Origin: Planctomycetales bacterium
GTDB taxonomy: Bacteria > 4484-113 > JAFGCY01
Direction: 5' to 3'
Assembly (NCBI GenBank): GCA_022646745.1
Contig: CP060262.1
Location: forward strand, 1,560,001-1,592,000
Length of the DNA stretch: 32,000 nucleotides
Every line of letters starts with the position of its first letter. Positions within the stretch are counted from its first letter, which is position 1. The position numbers and the translations under genes were made by a program. Shown here piece after piece: positions 9,601-18,019 of this stretch. A model generated the notes under the pieces. That model did no database searches and was not told where the DNA came from. It worked only from the letters and a program-made list of their open reading frames with translations.

Positions 9601-9764
9601 AACGGCAGGGCAGCCTGGAAGATCTCAGTGCCGGCTGATTGTGACTCGACCGCTGCCGGTAACAGCCTGGCCTCCACCAAAGGGCTGTCAGTTCCCCGGC
9701 CAGCCCCCCCGCAGGCCGTCAGCAGGCAGCAGGCAAGCAGCAGTGATGCTAGCGTTGTGCGCAT
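6663..9764 (-). CDS. Multi-PPC-module lipoprotein, paralog C
   Basis: 1033-aa ORF. N-terminus MRTTLASLLLACCLLTACGG (lipobox LTAC). AAGAGG lies upstream of the ATG. Same module order as B (FEPNDFFANASD, MEPNNDNSNATQL, LEPSDVFADVPE, NEPNDNSGSAALL). Confidence 0.9.
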   Translation of the reverse strand: MRTTLASLLLACCLLTACGGAGRGTDSPLVEARLLPAAVESQSAGTEIFQAALPLDDGQPEDRVPAVSSLSLPGSSFNEASGNVTAGSTTADFNPIAGTSEYAIWRFLGTPQDSIGKVSVTIDSAEAGARYWVAVADYSSGRWDWRGGRDDGSAFETDLAGSPGQHSSAAGYIYVAVLCDTDKALSVGSVSIEYLQRYNVSGVVLDMLDRPLAGVLVTTNLADPQQVFSAADGSFSLAGIPNGNWAVMATLAGHEFFPAATNVTVADADINGLVLRGNPRVSGLVGSDEFEPNDFFANASDMGSGALTGASLGILDDPVDYYSFEVPQEGWYYLEFIGDDSILFPDIKLQNDESANRVASDFTVLSGATWVGYYFQRPGTYYVSVGCEAGAGQYSLSIKPGQTSGFGCYIEDTGDPGDGDDGIFESLRSSRIELRLPDATCTLYSSGNGYVSMQYVAPLPATIVPLDPLYSFEPPQAQHDFSTGDLFNLDFNVSAVAPDDPMEPNNDNSNATQLVLPLSAPITGWIGGESLTNDEYDVFRFESSGNKHLFVQVRFPQNGPLRFIDSGGLALRDSLGNNYTLLADSIFQIDGRSQVALPAQEYFLTLNMDGNLMPYEIWIEEYDPLSLSAYYEYKGVPLEDVKFSYITADASIMNLEYCFAGLAEVEDKFRPGERVLVHHQRYGMQFDPEYEWVEFGTQDIQLTPTATPSTDKLEPSDVFADVPEVQFPVQVEASCSSSTDNYDYYMFSLQGPESLVVQLGCSSPDALVRLRFSKAPSTQVIYDHIGRGDHSFYYRTPDPGDYIVEVSVANAVDLDYSLQINKAGFNVYSISGSLDNGEPSENYLRGYILNHTTGEYREATGSSYLLGYYPNGSYDIQWQISNRNITPSGKTTVAISNADAVLDYSAVYSDKDSNEPNDNSGSAALLTLPVDLTANLDYDNDYLPGGRDTTDYYKFIAPTDGHIELQSMHQENSPADYDLSLFEGSISTLVNIGKFSTDGSSQTMRWNVKAGETYFVKVDGFVDLRYQLLVDYL

Positions 9765-9844
9765 CCGAAGTACCTCTTATTTCATCTGTTTGTAGTCTGT
9801 CCAGGGAAGATCATTCTAGCGAAAAACACGCCGGATTAAGCCCC

Positions 9845-12800
9845 TCATGGCAGGAAGTCGCCGCTGACCACGTACCGCACATCCTCCGTTGACTGGATGT
9901 AGAGATAGTAGGTCAGTCCGGACTTCACTTCATAGCCCAGCCGGCGTGAGCCATTCAGCGGGTTCAACCTGCCGAAGTTGACGATGTTGCCTATGTTTTC
10001 CTCGCTCAGTGAGACCGGAAACACCTCCAGTCCCCCGAACAGCGGCACCACCGTGATCTGGAAGAAGCCGTCCTGGGCCGGCACGAACTTGTAGTAGTCC
10101 CGGCTGTCCTTCCCGCCGACCAGCACGTCGTTGTCATAGTCCAGGCTGGCACTGAAGCTGAAGGGGATCGTAAGCACTGCGCCGGTGTTAGCCGAATCGT
10201 TCGGCTCCAGGTTGTCCTGGTCCACGTAGGTGGCAGTGAAGTTCTGCACCGTATCCGCACCGCTGATCGTGACCGTCACCGCGCCGGGCGGTGAGACGGT
10301 GTGGTTCGAGGTGTACCAGCGCAGGTCGTAGTCCCCATCAGGGTAGGGGCCCAGTTCGTAGTTGCTGCCGCCGTTCGGCCTGTAGACCTCGCCAGTGGTT
10401 TCGTTGACCAGCTGCGTGCCTGCATAGCTCTCCGTCAAGCTGCCGTGGTCCAGCGTTCCGGTGATGTAGTGGACGGGCACAGAAGTCTCTATCTTCAGGT
10501 TGTAGGAAGTCTCGCCAGTGTTGGCGAGGATGGCGAAGGTGTAATCATCATCGTCAGGCAGTTCGAACCAGAAGGTGGAGCTGCCGCGGGCCTTGTGGGA
10601 CCCAAGCTGTGCGCTGCCGGAGGTCTTCTCCACCCAGCACTCCAGTTCCACATCAGTTTCGTCTGGGGTCAGCGTGAGCATCACCGGCCCGGCGCTCATG
10701 CCCTGAACTCCGTAGTAATCAGCGTAGTCAGTCACGGCGCTGATATTGCCATTCACATCCGCCGGAAAGCTGACGACGAAGGGGTCGCTTGCGAAGTCGT
10801 TCGGTTCCGTGGCATCATCCGCCACGCTGATCGCCGGTTCGAGCAGGATGTCCGAGCCGTCGAACTGGATCCACTGCTCCGGCGGGTCAAAGCTCAGGCC
10901 GCGGTGCTTGTAGGAGACGTGCAGCAGCTCCCCGTCCATGAACGGGTCGGAGTCGAAATCCAGCCCGGGGCTGTAGTAGTTGGTCGCGTACCGGTACCCG
11001 GATGGCACGATCTCATACGAAACCCTGCCATAGTCCAGCTCCTTGCCATCCAGTGTGAAGTATACGGACAGCTTTCGTCGCGGGAACTGCAAGACTTCCA
11101 GTTCATAGGGGGTCAGTTCCCCGCTCCAGTAGATGTACAGGTAATAGCTGCCTGCAGGCAGGGGCTGCAGGGTACGCAGTTCTGAATACTGGCCGTGGCT
11201 GTAATCAAGGCAGAACACCTGGCTGTCCATGTCGTCGAACAGGAACATGAAGGGGATCCCGCCTGCCTGGTTCTCCATTTCCGGCAGGTAGGCCCGCAGG
11301 GTCAGGTCCATCCCGTCCTGCACGTCAAAGCTGTAGAAGTCCTGCTCATCATTTAGGGTCAGGTCACGGCCGCCGATGTAGCCGGCATGCGGCTGAGCCA
11401 TCGGCAATGTCAGCGGCACGGCGGACAGCTTGTCATTGTTCGGCTCGTCGCTGTCAACAACTGTTGCCGCACTGAAGTTGAAGTCGACGCCGGACAGGTC
11501 TCCTGATGCGAAGTCATGCTGGATTGCCAGTGGGTCAAATGTATAGCGCTCTGAGTGCGGGGTGATCGTCGCCTCAAGCGGGGGCATGAAGCGGTGGTCG
11601 AGGTATCCGCCTGAACTGGGGATCTCGCAGCTGGAATCCCCAAAATCAACCGTGACGGCGCAGTTGCGCATCTCCTCAGCCAGCCCGTCATCACCATCCC
11701 CCGGAAGGCCCGTGTCAATCAGCTGCATGTCCAGCGAATGGCAACGGCCATCCAGCAGCTCCAGGCTGTAATGCCCGCCGCCACCCTCGCAGTAGACCTC
11801 GACGCGGTACTCGCCCGCCACCGGGAAGTAGTATCCGAGCCAGTTCGTGCCACGTACCACCTCATAGTCCCCGATGTAATCGGAGAACAGGTCGGTCTGC
11901 AGGGAAAGGTGCGGGAACAGGATGCTGTTGTCAGCATTGAGCTGCAGGTAGTGCCAGCCTGCCGTTGCCACCGGGAAGGTGTAGCAGTCGTACTCATCGT
12001 CAAGGGCGCTGATCGTGGCATCCGTCACCATCTCCGGGCCAAGTGGCTCTGCATTCTCCGCCAGGTCGTTGGGCTCGTACAAGTCGTCCGGGAAGCCGAA
12101 GCTGCGCGGGAAGCCCTGCAGCAGCAGACCGTTGACATCGCTGTCCGTGATGTCCACCATGGTCAGGTCCGGATCGAAGCCCCAGTTGCGCAGGGTTGCC
12201 ATCACCGCCCAGCTGCCGGCCGGCAGGCCGTCAAGCCGGAAGCTGCCATCCGCCGCGCTGAGCACCTGCTGCACGTCAAGCAGGTTGGTGGACAGCAGTG
12301 CACCCTCGATCGGGTTGCCGGACTTGTCCTGCACGAAGCCGCTGACGGAATAGCGCTGCAGGTACTGGATGCCAACGGCTGCTATGCTCAGCTGCGAGCC
12401 GGCCTCAGCCAGCACGGCTACATAGATGTAGCCCGCCGGTGAGCTGTACTGGCCGTTGCCACTGCCGGGCACGGCATCGAAGTCCGAGCCGTCCGCCACA
12501 TCCCCGAGCCAGCTCCAGCGCCCGCTGGAATAGTCAGCCAGCGCTGTCCAGTAGCGTGTGCCGGGCTGGGCAGACTCAACGGTGACGTTCACCATCCCAA
12601 GCGCATCATCAGGCGTGCCGCTGAAGCGCCAGATCGCGTACTCGCTGCCTGCCGATACGGCATAATCCGCCAGTTCGCCATTCACGCTGACATTCGTGGA
12701 GGCTTCATTGAATCCGCTGCCCGCTAGCTCGATTGTCGCCAGCGCCGCCACGCGGGAGGGGTTGAAATGCCCCTCATCCGGCAGGGATGTGTTGAATATG

Positions 12801-12925
12801 GCCTGGTGCTCCGTGACGGCAGGCACGATTGCTGATACGGCAACTGAGTCCTGCTGTCCACCCCGGCCTCCGCAGGAGCACAGCAGCAACGAAATGGCAA
12901 TCAGTGTGGATGTAAGGTGTTTCAT
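9845..12925 (-). CDS. Multi-PPC-module lipoprotein, paralog D
   Basis: ORF 9845..12973. Likely start is ATG 12925..12923 (MKHLTSTLIAISLLLCSCGG) with GGGAG about 10 nt upstream. Modules: YEPNDLAENAEPL, DEPNNDKLSAVPL, TEPNDFASDPFVV, LEPNDSANTGAVL. Confidence 0.88.
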   Translation of the reverse strand: MKHLTSTLIAISLLLCSCGGRGGQQDSVAVSAIVPAVTEHQAIFNTSLPDEGHFNPSRVAALATIELAGSGFNEASTNVSVNGELADYAVSAGSEYAIWRFSGTPDDALGMVNVTVESAQPGTRYWTALADYSSGRWSWLGDVADGSDFDAVPGSGNGQYSSPAGYIYVAVLAEAGSQLSIAAVGIQYLQRYSVSGFVQDKSGNPIEGALLSTNLLDVQQVLSAADGSFRLDGLPAGSWAVMATLRNWGFDPDLTMVDITDSDVNGLLLQGFPRSFGFPDDLYEPNDLAENAEPLGPEMVTDATISALDDEYDCYTFPVATAGWHYLQLNADNSILFPHLSLQTDLFSDYIGDYEVVRGTNWLGYYFPVAGEYRVEVYCEGGGGHYSLELLDGRCHSLDMQLIDTGLPGDGDDGLAEEMRNCAVTVDFGDSSCEIPSSGGYLDHRFMPPLEATITPHSERYTFDPLAIQHDFASGDLSGVDFNFSAATVVDSDEPNNDKLSAVPLTLPMAQPHAGYIGGRDLTLNDEQDFYSFDVQDGMDLTLRAYLPEMENQAGGIPFMFLFDDMDSQVFCLDYSHGQYSELRTLQPLPAGSYYLYIYWSGELTPYELEVLQFPRRKLSVYFTLDGKELDYGRVSYEIVPSGYRYATNYYSPGLDFDSDPFMDGELLHVSYKHRGLSFDPPEQWIQFDGSDILLEPAISVADDATEPNDFASDPFVVSFPADVNGNISAVTDYADYYGVQGMSAGPVMLTLTPDETDVELECWVEKTSGSAQLGSHKARGSSTFWFELPDDDDYTFAILANTGETSYNLKIETSVPVHYITGTLDHGSLTESYAGTQLVNETTGEVYRPNGGSNYELGPYPDGDYDLRWYTSNHTVSPPGAVTVTISGADTVQNFTATYVDQDNLEPNDSANTGAVLTIPFSFSASLDYDNDVLVGGKDSRDYYKFVPAQDGFFQITVVPLFGGLEVFPVSLSEENIGNIVNFGRLNPLNGSRRLGYEVKSGLTYYLYIQSTEDVRYVVSGDFLP

Positions 12926-12976
12926 ATGGGATTCACTCCCTGGCTCTGGAATTTTTCGGTGGAACTGTAGCATGGG

Positions 12977-15900
12977 TCAGGGCAGGTAATCCCCGGCCAG
13001 CTGGTAAACGATGTCAACATCCGATGTTACATGGATCACGTAATCCTGGCCAGCCTGCAGCTCAAAGGTCAGCCGGTGCACGCCGGTCAGCTCGTCACGT
13101 TGCGCGAGTACCGTGCCGCCATCGGCAGTGCTGCGCAGCTCAAGCTTCAGCTGGCTCAGGGATGGCAGCCAGGGCACGGCCGTTAGCTCAAAGCTGCCCG
13201 TGCCCGGTGCGGTGAATTTGTAGTAGTCCTGGCCATCCCCGAAGGCTCCGACATTGACATCATCGAAGTCCAGGCTGGCAACCGTGCTGATCGGGATGCT
13301 GAGCGGGGTGGCGGCGATGGTGCTGTTGTTCGGCTCCCCGCTGTCATTGCTCTGGTAGCTTGCGGTGAAGTCCTGCACCGCATCCGCGCCATTGACAACC
13401 ACGGTCACGGCTCCGAGCGGTACGGTCAGGTGGTTTGCGATGTACCACTGGATGTCATAGCTTCCCTCCGGTACGAACCCAAGGTCGTATGACGGCCCCG
13501 TGACGGGCAGCACCCTGCCGGTGGTCTGGTTGACGATGAAGCCGCCATCGTACTGGTCGCCGGGTGTACCATGGTCAAGCGATCCGCTGATGCTGTAGAC
13601 CGGCCCGCCGGCCATGTCCATGTCCAGGCTGTAGGTCGATGACCCTCCGTCCGCGCTGAGCCGCAGGATGTAATCGGCCTTTGCCGCTGACCGGTAGTAC
13701 AGCTGCTCATCACCCTGCCCGCTGACGAGCTGGTAGTCGCCGGGTGTACTTTCCCCGTAGAACATGCAGGTCCAGAGCGTGTCCGGGTCCGTCATCTTCA
13801 GGTTTACCGCCACCCCGCCGGCCTCCAGGCCGCCCAGCCGGTAACAGTCGACCTCGTCAGACAGCGAGCTGATGCTGGCAACGACTTCGACAGGCAGCTC
13901 CAGGTCCTCAGTGATCAGTGATGGCAGGGCATTGGGCTCCAGGCTGTCGCTGCCGATTGTCAGCTTCGGGAAGGTGGTCCTGTCCTCGGCGCCGAGCTGG
14001 ATCCACTCCACCGGCGGGTCGATTGCCATCCCGTTGCGCTCATAGGCCAGCTTGATGAACTCACCCTCCATCAGGGGCACTCCAACGGTGGCTGTGCCGC
14101 TGGAGACGTTTTCCGTGTCAGTGTAGTTGCCATCCCCGGTCTGCCAGTGCATCTGCCCGTCAGACAGCGGATTGCCGGACAGCAGCCAGCTGCTGGAGAG
14201 CGTGCGGCCCTCGAACAGGAACAGTTCCAGCTCATAGGCCATCATGGTCCCGCCCATGTCCAGCTGCAGGTAATAGTCGCCCGCCGCCAGCGGGTCCCGG
14301 CTGCGCAGTTCCAGTTGCCAGGGACCTGACATGTCATGGATCTGGACGGTGTTCTCACTGGAATTGAAAAGCCGCAGGTTGCCGGCCATGTCCGGCCCGG
14401 AGGCCTGATCCTCGGGGAAGCGTACCCGGGCCAGTACATATTCGTCCCCCGCTGCGCTGAAGCTGAAGACGTCACGGGCGTCGTTGCCCGTGAGGTCATT
14501 CCCTCCGATGAAGCCCGCAAGCGGCGCTGCCAGTGGCAGGCTGAGTGGGCTGGCCGTGCTGAAGTCGTCATTCGGCTCCATGGAATCCGCCGGCGCCACT
14601 GCGGAAAAATTGAAGTCCGCCACCAGCTGGCCGCTGGAGAAGTCATGCTCAATGCTGGCCGGCTCAAAGGTGTAGCGCGGGCTGACCGGCCGCACCGTGG
14701 CCGGCAGCGGCGGTATGTGGTAGTGCCATAGTTCGAATTCCCCCGGCGTGAGCAGCTTCGCCGTGTATTCCGCGAATTCCAGCTCGATGACGGTGTTGTC
14801 CATCGCCTCCTGCAGGCCGTCGTCACCGTCTCCCGGCGCACCGTTGTCAAACAGCGTGAGGTTCAGGAACTCGCCTCGGCCCTGCTGCAGGTGCAGCTCA
14901 TATTCGCCGCCGCCCGCCTCGCAGCGCACCTCGGCGAAATAGCTGCCCGGCTGCGGAATGTAGAAACTGAACCAGGCGGCCCCGGACAGGCTGTCATAGT
15001 TCAGCCCGGAGAAGATGTCGAGATTGCCCTGCAGCCTGACCGTCGGGAACAGTATGCTGTCATCTCCGCGGAACTCGAGGTAATGCCAGCCCGTCTCGCT
15101 GGCGTCAAAGCTATAGAAGTCCGCTGCGTCATTCAGCACGCTCAACGTCGAACTGACAACCGGGAACTGGTTGATCTGGTGTGCATCGCGGATGATGTCA
15201 TTCGGCTCATACGGATCATTCACCTTCGGCCGCGTGCTGAAGATCTCCCCACGCAGCACCAGCCCTTCCACATCGGCATTGGAAACCCCGACTGTGTTCA
15301 CCAAGGGGTCAAACAGGTAGTTCTCCACGGTCGCAAACACCGACCATGAACCGTTTGGGATGCCGGGCAGGCTGAAGGATCCATCCTCCGCGCTGAACAC
15401 CTGGCGCGGGTCCGCGAGGTTGGTGGTGACCAGTGCCCCGGCAATCGGGTGCCCGCCGTAGTCCAGCACATGGCCACTGATGTCGTAGCGGTTGAGGTAC
15501 TCCAGTGTGAGCCTGTCCACTGCGAAGCCCGCATTGCCGTTGCTTATGATGGCGACGTAGATGTAGCCGGCCCCGGAACTGTGCATGCCTGGCTCGCCGG
15601 CAACGTCAAAATTGTCACCGCCGGCTTCCCCTGTGCCACCGAGCCATTGCCAGCGGCCAGTGTCGTAGTTGGCAATCCCGGCCCAGTAGACGAAGCCCGG
15701 CTGCTCCCCACTGGTCTGGATGCTGAGGCTGCCTATGCTGTCGAGCGGGGCTGCTTCAAAACGCCAGATCGCGTAGTGCAGTTCACCCTGTGGGTCAAAC
15801 AGCGCCGCCGGACTGGCTGAGCCAACGTTGGAGCTGGCTTCATGGAACTGCTCACCGTCCTTCGCCAGGCTGGAAACCGCAGGCACGCGGGTGCTGTCGA

Positions 15901-16063
15901 AACCGCTGTCTGCAGGCAGTGATGCGTTGAAGACCCCGAGCTGGTCGAGCTCTGTGGCGGGGACCGGAATCTGCCGGGCCTCGCCGTCGAACTGTCGCTT
16001 GCCATTGCATGCGGAGAGGATCAGGATCGAAAGTAAGATCGCAGGAATCAGATTGCGGTCCAT
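12977..16063 (-). CDS. Multi-PPC-module lipoprotein, paralog E
   Basis: 1028-aa ORF. N-terminus MDRNLIPAILLSILILSACNG (lipobox LSAC). GAAGGAAG lies upstream. Modules: YEPNDIIRDAHQI, MEPNDDFSTASPL, LEPNALPSLITE, GEPNNSTIAATPL. Confidence 0.9.
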   Translation of the reverse strand: MDRNLIPAILLSILILSACNGKRQFDGEARQIPVPATELDQLGVFNASLPADSGFDSTRVPAVSSLAKDGEQFHEASSNVGSASPAALFDPQGELHYAIWRFEAAPLDSIGSLSIQTSGEQPGFVYWAGIANYDTGRWQWLGGTGEAGGDNFDVAGEPGMHSSGAGYIYVAIISNGNAGFAVDRLTLEYLNRYDISGHVLDYGGHPIAGALVTTNLADPRQVFSAEDGSFSLPGIPNGSWSVFATVENYLFDPLVNTVGVSNADVEGLVLRGEIFSTRPKVNDPYEPNDIIRDAHQINQFPVVSSTLSVLNDAADFYSFDASETGWHYLEFRGDDSILFPTVRLQGNLDIFSGLNYDSLSGAAWFSFYIPQPGSYFAEVRCEAGGGEYELHLQQGRGEFLNLTLFDNGAPGDGDDGLQEAMDNTVIELEFAEYTAKLLTPGEFELWHYHIPPLPATVRPVSPRYTFEPASIEHDFSSGQLVADFNFSAVAPADSMEPNDDFSTASPLSLPLAAPLAGFIGGNDLTGNDARDVFSFSAAGDEYVLARVRFPEDQASGPDMAGNLRLFNSSENTVQIHDMSGPWQLELRSRDPLAAGDYYLQLDMGGTMMAYELELFLFEGRTLSSSWLLSGNPLSDGQMHWQTGDGNYTDTENVSSGTATVGVPLMEGEFIKLAYERNGMAIDPPVEWIQLGAEDRTTFPKLTIGSDSLEPNALPSLITEDLELPVEVVASISSLSDEVDCYRLGGLEAGGVAVNLKMTDPDTLWTCMFYGESTPGDYQLVSGQGDEQLYYRSAAKADYILRLSADGGSSTYSLDMDMAGGPVYSISGSLDHGTPGDQYDGGFIVNQTTGRVLPVTGPSYDLGFVPEGSYDIQWYIANHLTVPLGAVTVVVNGADAVQDFTASYQSNDSGEPNNSTIAATPLSIPISTVASLDFDDVNVGAFGDGQDYYKFTAPGTGSFELTAVPWLPSLSQLKLELRSTADGGTVLAQRDELTGVHRLTFELQAGQDYVIHVTSDVDIVYQLAGDYLP

Positions 16064-16114
16064 CAGGCTTCCTTCAGGTGATTTCCGTTACCGGAATTTT
16101 ACCTTGCAGGAAGC

Positions 16115-16813
16115 CTAGTTACCGGAGCCTGCCGGGGGCTGGGCCTGTTCCTGCTGCTCGGCTGCCTTCTGGCGCTCCTCGAGGAAGTCCGGATGCCGTT
16201 CCTCCCATTCCGCCAGATAGTTGTACGCCGCCTCACCGGTCGGCTTGTGCTCCAGCACGACATTTGCCGTCATGCTGGATTCGCTGGAATTGTCCTGGGT
16301 AAACACCAGCTGCAGGTTGTCCTCGCTGCCCCAGATCCACTGCGTACCGGGCAGGCGTTCCTCCACCGGCTCGCCGTACAGGTCCACCAGGCGCTGGCGC
16401 CATTCATCGGCCTGTGGGGCGGAGATGCCCTCGATGCGGTCCACGATGATGTACAGCTGGTCACGGTAGAAGGACAGGGTCAGCGTGCGGCGTGGCATGC
16501 CCTCATCCTCGCGCTCGAACTCGATCACATGCGTCTGCACATCGTCGTAGTCCTGCAGGCCGCGGAAGAAGCCCTCGCCCTTGCCCTGCGGCGCGTTGTA
16601 GATCTGCGAGAGGTCCAGGGTGCTCATCCCGAGCTTCAGCCCGTCGTAATGCAGGAGCGCTCCCTCGGCCGGGATCACGTCCGCCGGCTGGAAGGCCGGG
16701 TTAGGCTTTGCGTTGCCAGTCTTGCTCTTCTCGCCTTCCTCGGGCTGGCGGCAGGCGGACAGTGTTGCCAGCATTGCCAGCATGCAGATCGTCAGCAGGA
16801 TGCGCATCAGCAT
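16115..16813 (-). CDS. Small lipoprotein, unknown function
   Basis: 232-aa ORF. N-terminus MLMRILLTICMLAMLATLSACRQ (lipobox LSAC). Lies 51 nt upstream of paralog E. Its ATG is 3 nt after the TAG of the preceding gene (TAG AAT ATG). Confidence 0.75.
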   Translation of the reverse strand: MLMRILLTICMLAMLATLSACRQPEEGEKSKTGNAKPNPAFQPADVIPAEGALLHYDGLKLGMSTLDLSQIYNAPQGKGEGFFRGLQDYDDVQTHVIEFEREDEGMPRRTLTLSFYRDQLYIIVDRIEGISAPQADEWRQRLVDLYGEPVEERLPGTQWIWGSEDNLQLVFTQDNSSESSMTANVVLEHKPTGEAAYNYLAEWEERHPDFLEERQKAAEQQEQAQPPAGSGN

Positions 16814-16816
16814 ATT

Positions 16817-17554
16817 CTACCCGTCCTGCCCCGTGACGTCCTCGCCTTCCGTCGCCGTGCCGATCGCCATCCCGGCGCGCAGCTCCTCCAGCCAGCCGTC
16901 CACGAATTCCAGCTCATAGGCCGGGTGCCGCCAGTTGCCGGAATACTGCAGGCTGGTCGGCCCGGTCAGTTCGATGATGGTCTTGCCCTTCGGCAGCTCG
17001 GCATCGCCCTGCACCTCGCGCAGGTTGAGCTGCTGCTCCACATTGGCCTCGCGCAGGTCCGCCACCCATGGGTCCCATTTCTCGTCGTTGTAGATCGTGT
17101 CCAGCTCCAGCTCATATGACTCAATCACGTCACCGGCGGCGGTGATCCGCAGGCCGTCCGTGTCCAGCCGGGCACGGTCCGAGCCAAGCGCGGTCAGCTT
17201 CCACTCCACACCCCATTCGCGGGTGGTGCGCAGCACCTCACCCTGGCTGCCGAAGACCCGCAGCCCGATCCCGAGACCATCGTCCAGCAGGCGCAGGTCC
17301 ACCTGCCTGTGTGGAATGTCGATGCGCTCCGCCACCGGCTGCGGGATCTGCTCCTGGTATTCCGGCAGCAGGCTGCCGCGGTGCTGCCAGGCGTACCAGA
17401 CAAGCCCGATGCCGACGATGAAGGGCAGGGCCACGATGAAGATGAACCCGAGCTGGACGCTGTGCGCCTTCTTGCGGCGCGCCGGTTTGCCACCATCCGC
17501 CTTGCGCTGGCTGCGGCTGTTGCGGTATGCCTTCTTCCAGGGATCCTGGCTCAT
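16817..17554 (-). CDS. Single-pass membrane-anchored protein, unknown function
   Basis: 245-aa ORF. Basic N-terminus (KKAYRNSRSQRKADGGKPARRKK), one TM helix (LGFIFIVALPFIVGIGLVWYAW), then a ~180-aa soluble domain. Confidence 0.7.
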   Translation of the reverse strand: MSQDPWKKAYRNSRSQRKADGGKPARRKKAHSVQLGFIFIVALPFIVGIGLVWYAWQHRGSLLPEYQEQIPQPVAERIDIPHRQVDLRLLDDGLGIGLRVFGSQGEVLRTTREWGVEWKLTALGSDRARLDTDGLRITAAGDVIESYELELDTIYNDEKWDPWVADLREANVEQQLNLREVQGDAELPKGKTIIELTGPTSLQYSGNWRHPAYELEFVDGWLEELRAGMAIGTATEGEDVTGQDG

Positions 17555-17580
17555 GCCTGCTTCTCTCCACCTTGCATTGT

Positions 17581-17877
17581 TCAGTCATGCCCCTCGGCGA
17601 ACACATCCATGATCAGGTCCTCCTCGTCATCCGAGAGGAACTCCTCGAACACCGTGTTCGCCGGGTCATCGGCTGCCACGCTGTAATACAGTGTGTACAG
17701 CCCCTGGCGCACACTGTAGTACCTGCGCTTGCTGCGCGCAGATGTATGCACCAGCCGGTACTTCGCCCGCCCTTTCACCACGTCCGCCACCGCGCGCTCG
17801 AACTCCGCGTAGCGCTTGGTATCGAACATCGGCACGCGCCTGTTCAGTGCATCGCTGACAACGACCCGGATGCTCAT
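17581..17877 (-). CDS. Small (98 aa) hypothetical protein, first gene of the minus-strand cluster
   Basis: ORF with GGAG 4 nt upstream of the ATG and an acidic C-terminus (LSDDEEDLIMDVFAEGHD). Any RelE/ParE-like resemblance is too weak to call. Confidence 0.55.
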   Translation of the reverse strand: MSIRVVVSDALNRRVPMFDTKRYAEFERAVADVVKGRAKYRLVHTSARSKRRYYSVRQGLYTLYYSVAADDPANTVFEEFLSDDEEDLIMDVFAEGHD

Positions 17878-17950
17878 TGCTCCATCTTAGGCCACAGCCG
17901 GGGGAATGTGGATCAGCTGTGGAAAAGCCGCTGCAATATATACGTTTGTT

Positions 17951-17959
17951 TGCTATAAT
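17951..17959 (+). promoter_or_regulatory. Extended -10 element TGCTATAAT in the divergent intergenic region
   Basis: Exact TGnTATAAT at 17951..17959, upstream of the 18020 gene. The opposite strand of the same region carries TCAACA-N18-TATATT for the 17877 cluster. No experimental support. Confidence 0.4.
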
Positions 17960-18019
17960 GTTGACGTGGTTGAGAATAAAAGGGGTGGCCATGCCGCAGG
18001 GGCACGCGGCAGGCACACA

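Noticed and set aside
3508-16063. Possibility that the giant lipoproteins are secreted metalloproteases or collagenases, since PPC domains usually accompany peptidases
   Set aside because: I scanned paralogs B-E for HExxH and found none. The closest is HERH in B at VQHERHGL, and HEASS in E has no second His. No obvious Ser/His/Asp protease block was seen either. This is a by-eye scan, so the non-catalytic call remains an inference.
1-16063. Diversity-generating retroelement or cassette-type antigenic variation acting on the variable PPC modules
   Set aside because: The window has no reverse transcriptase gene, no template/variable repeat pair with adenine-specific mismatches, and no silent partial cassettes. 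All five copies are full-length genes with their own ribosome-binding sites.
17581-17877. Possible RelE/ParE-type toxin (YRLV...LYTLYYSV pattern) with the neighbouring gene as antitoxin
   Set aside because: The resemblance rests on a few hydrophobic and aromatic positions. There is no small antitoxin-like partner, since the next gene encodes a 245-aa membrane protein. The acidic C-terminal tail is also atypical for such toxins.
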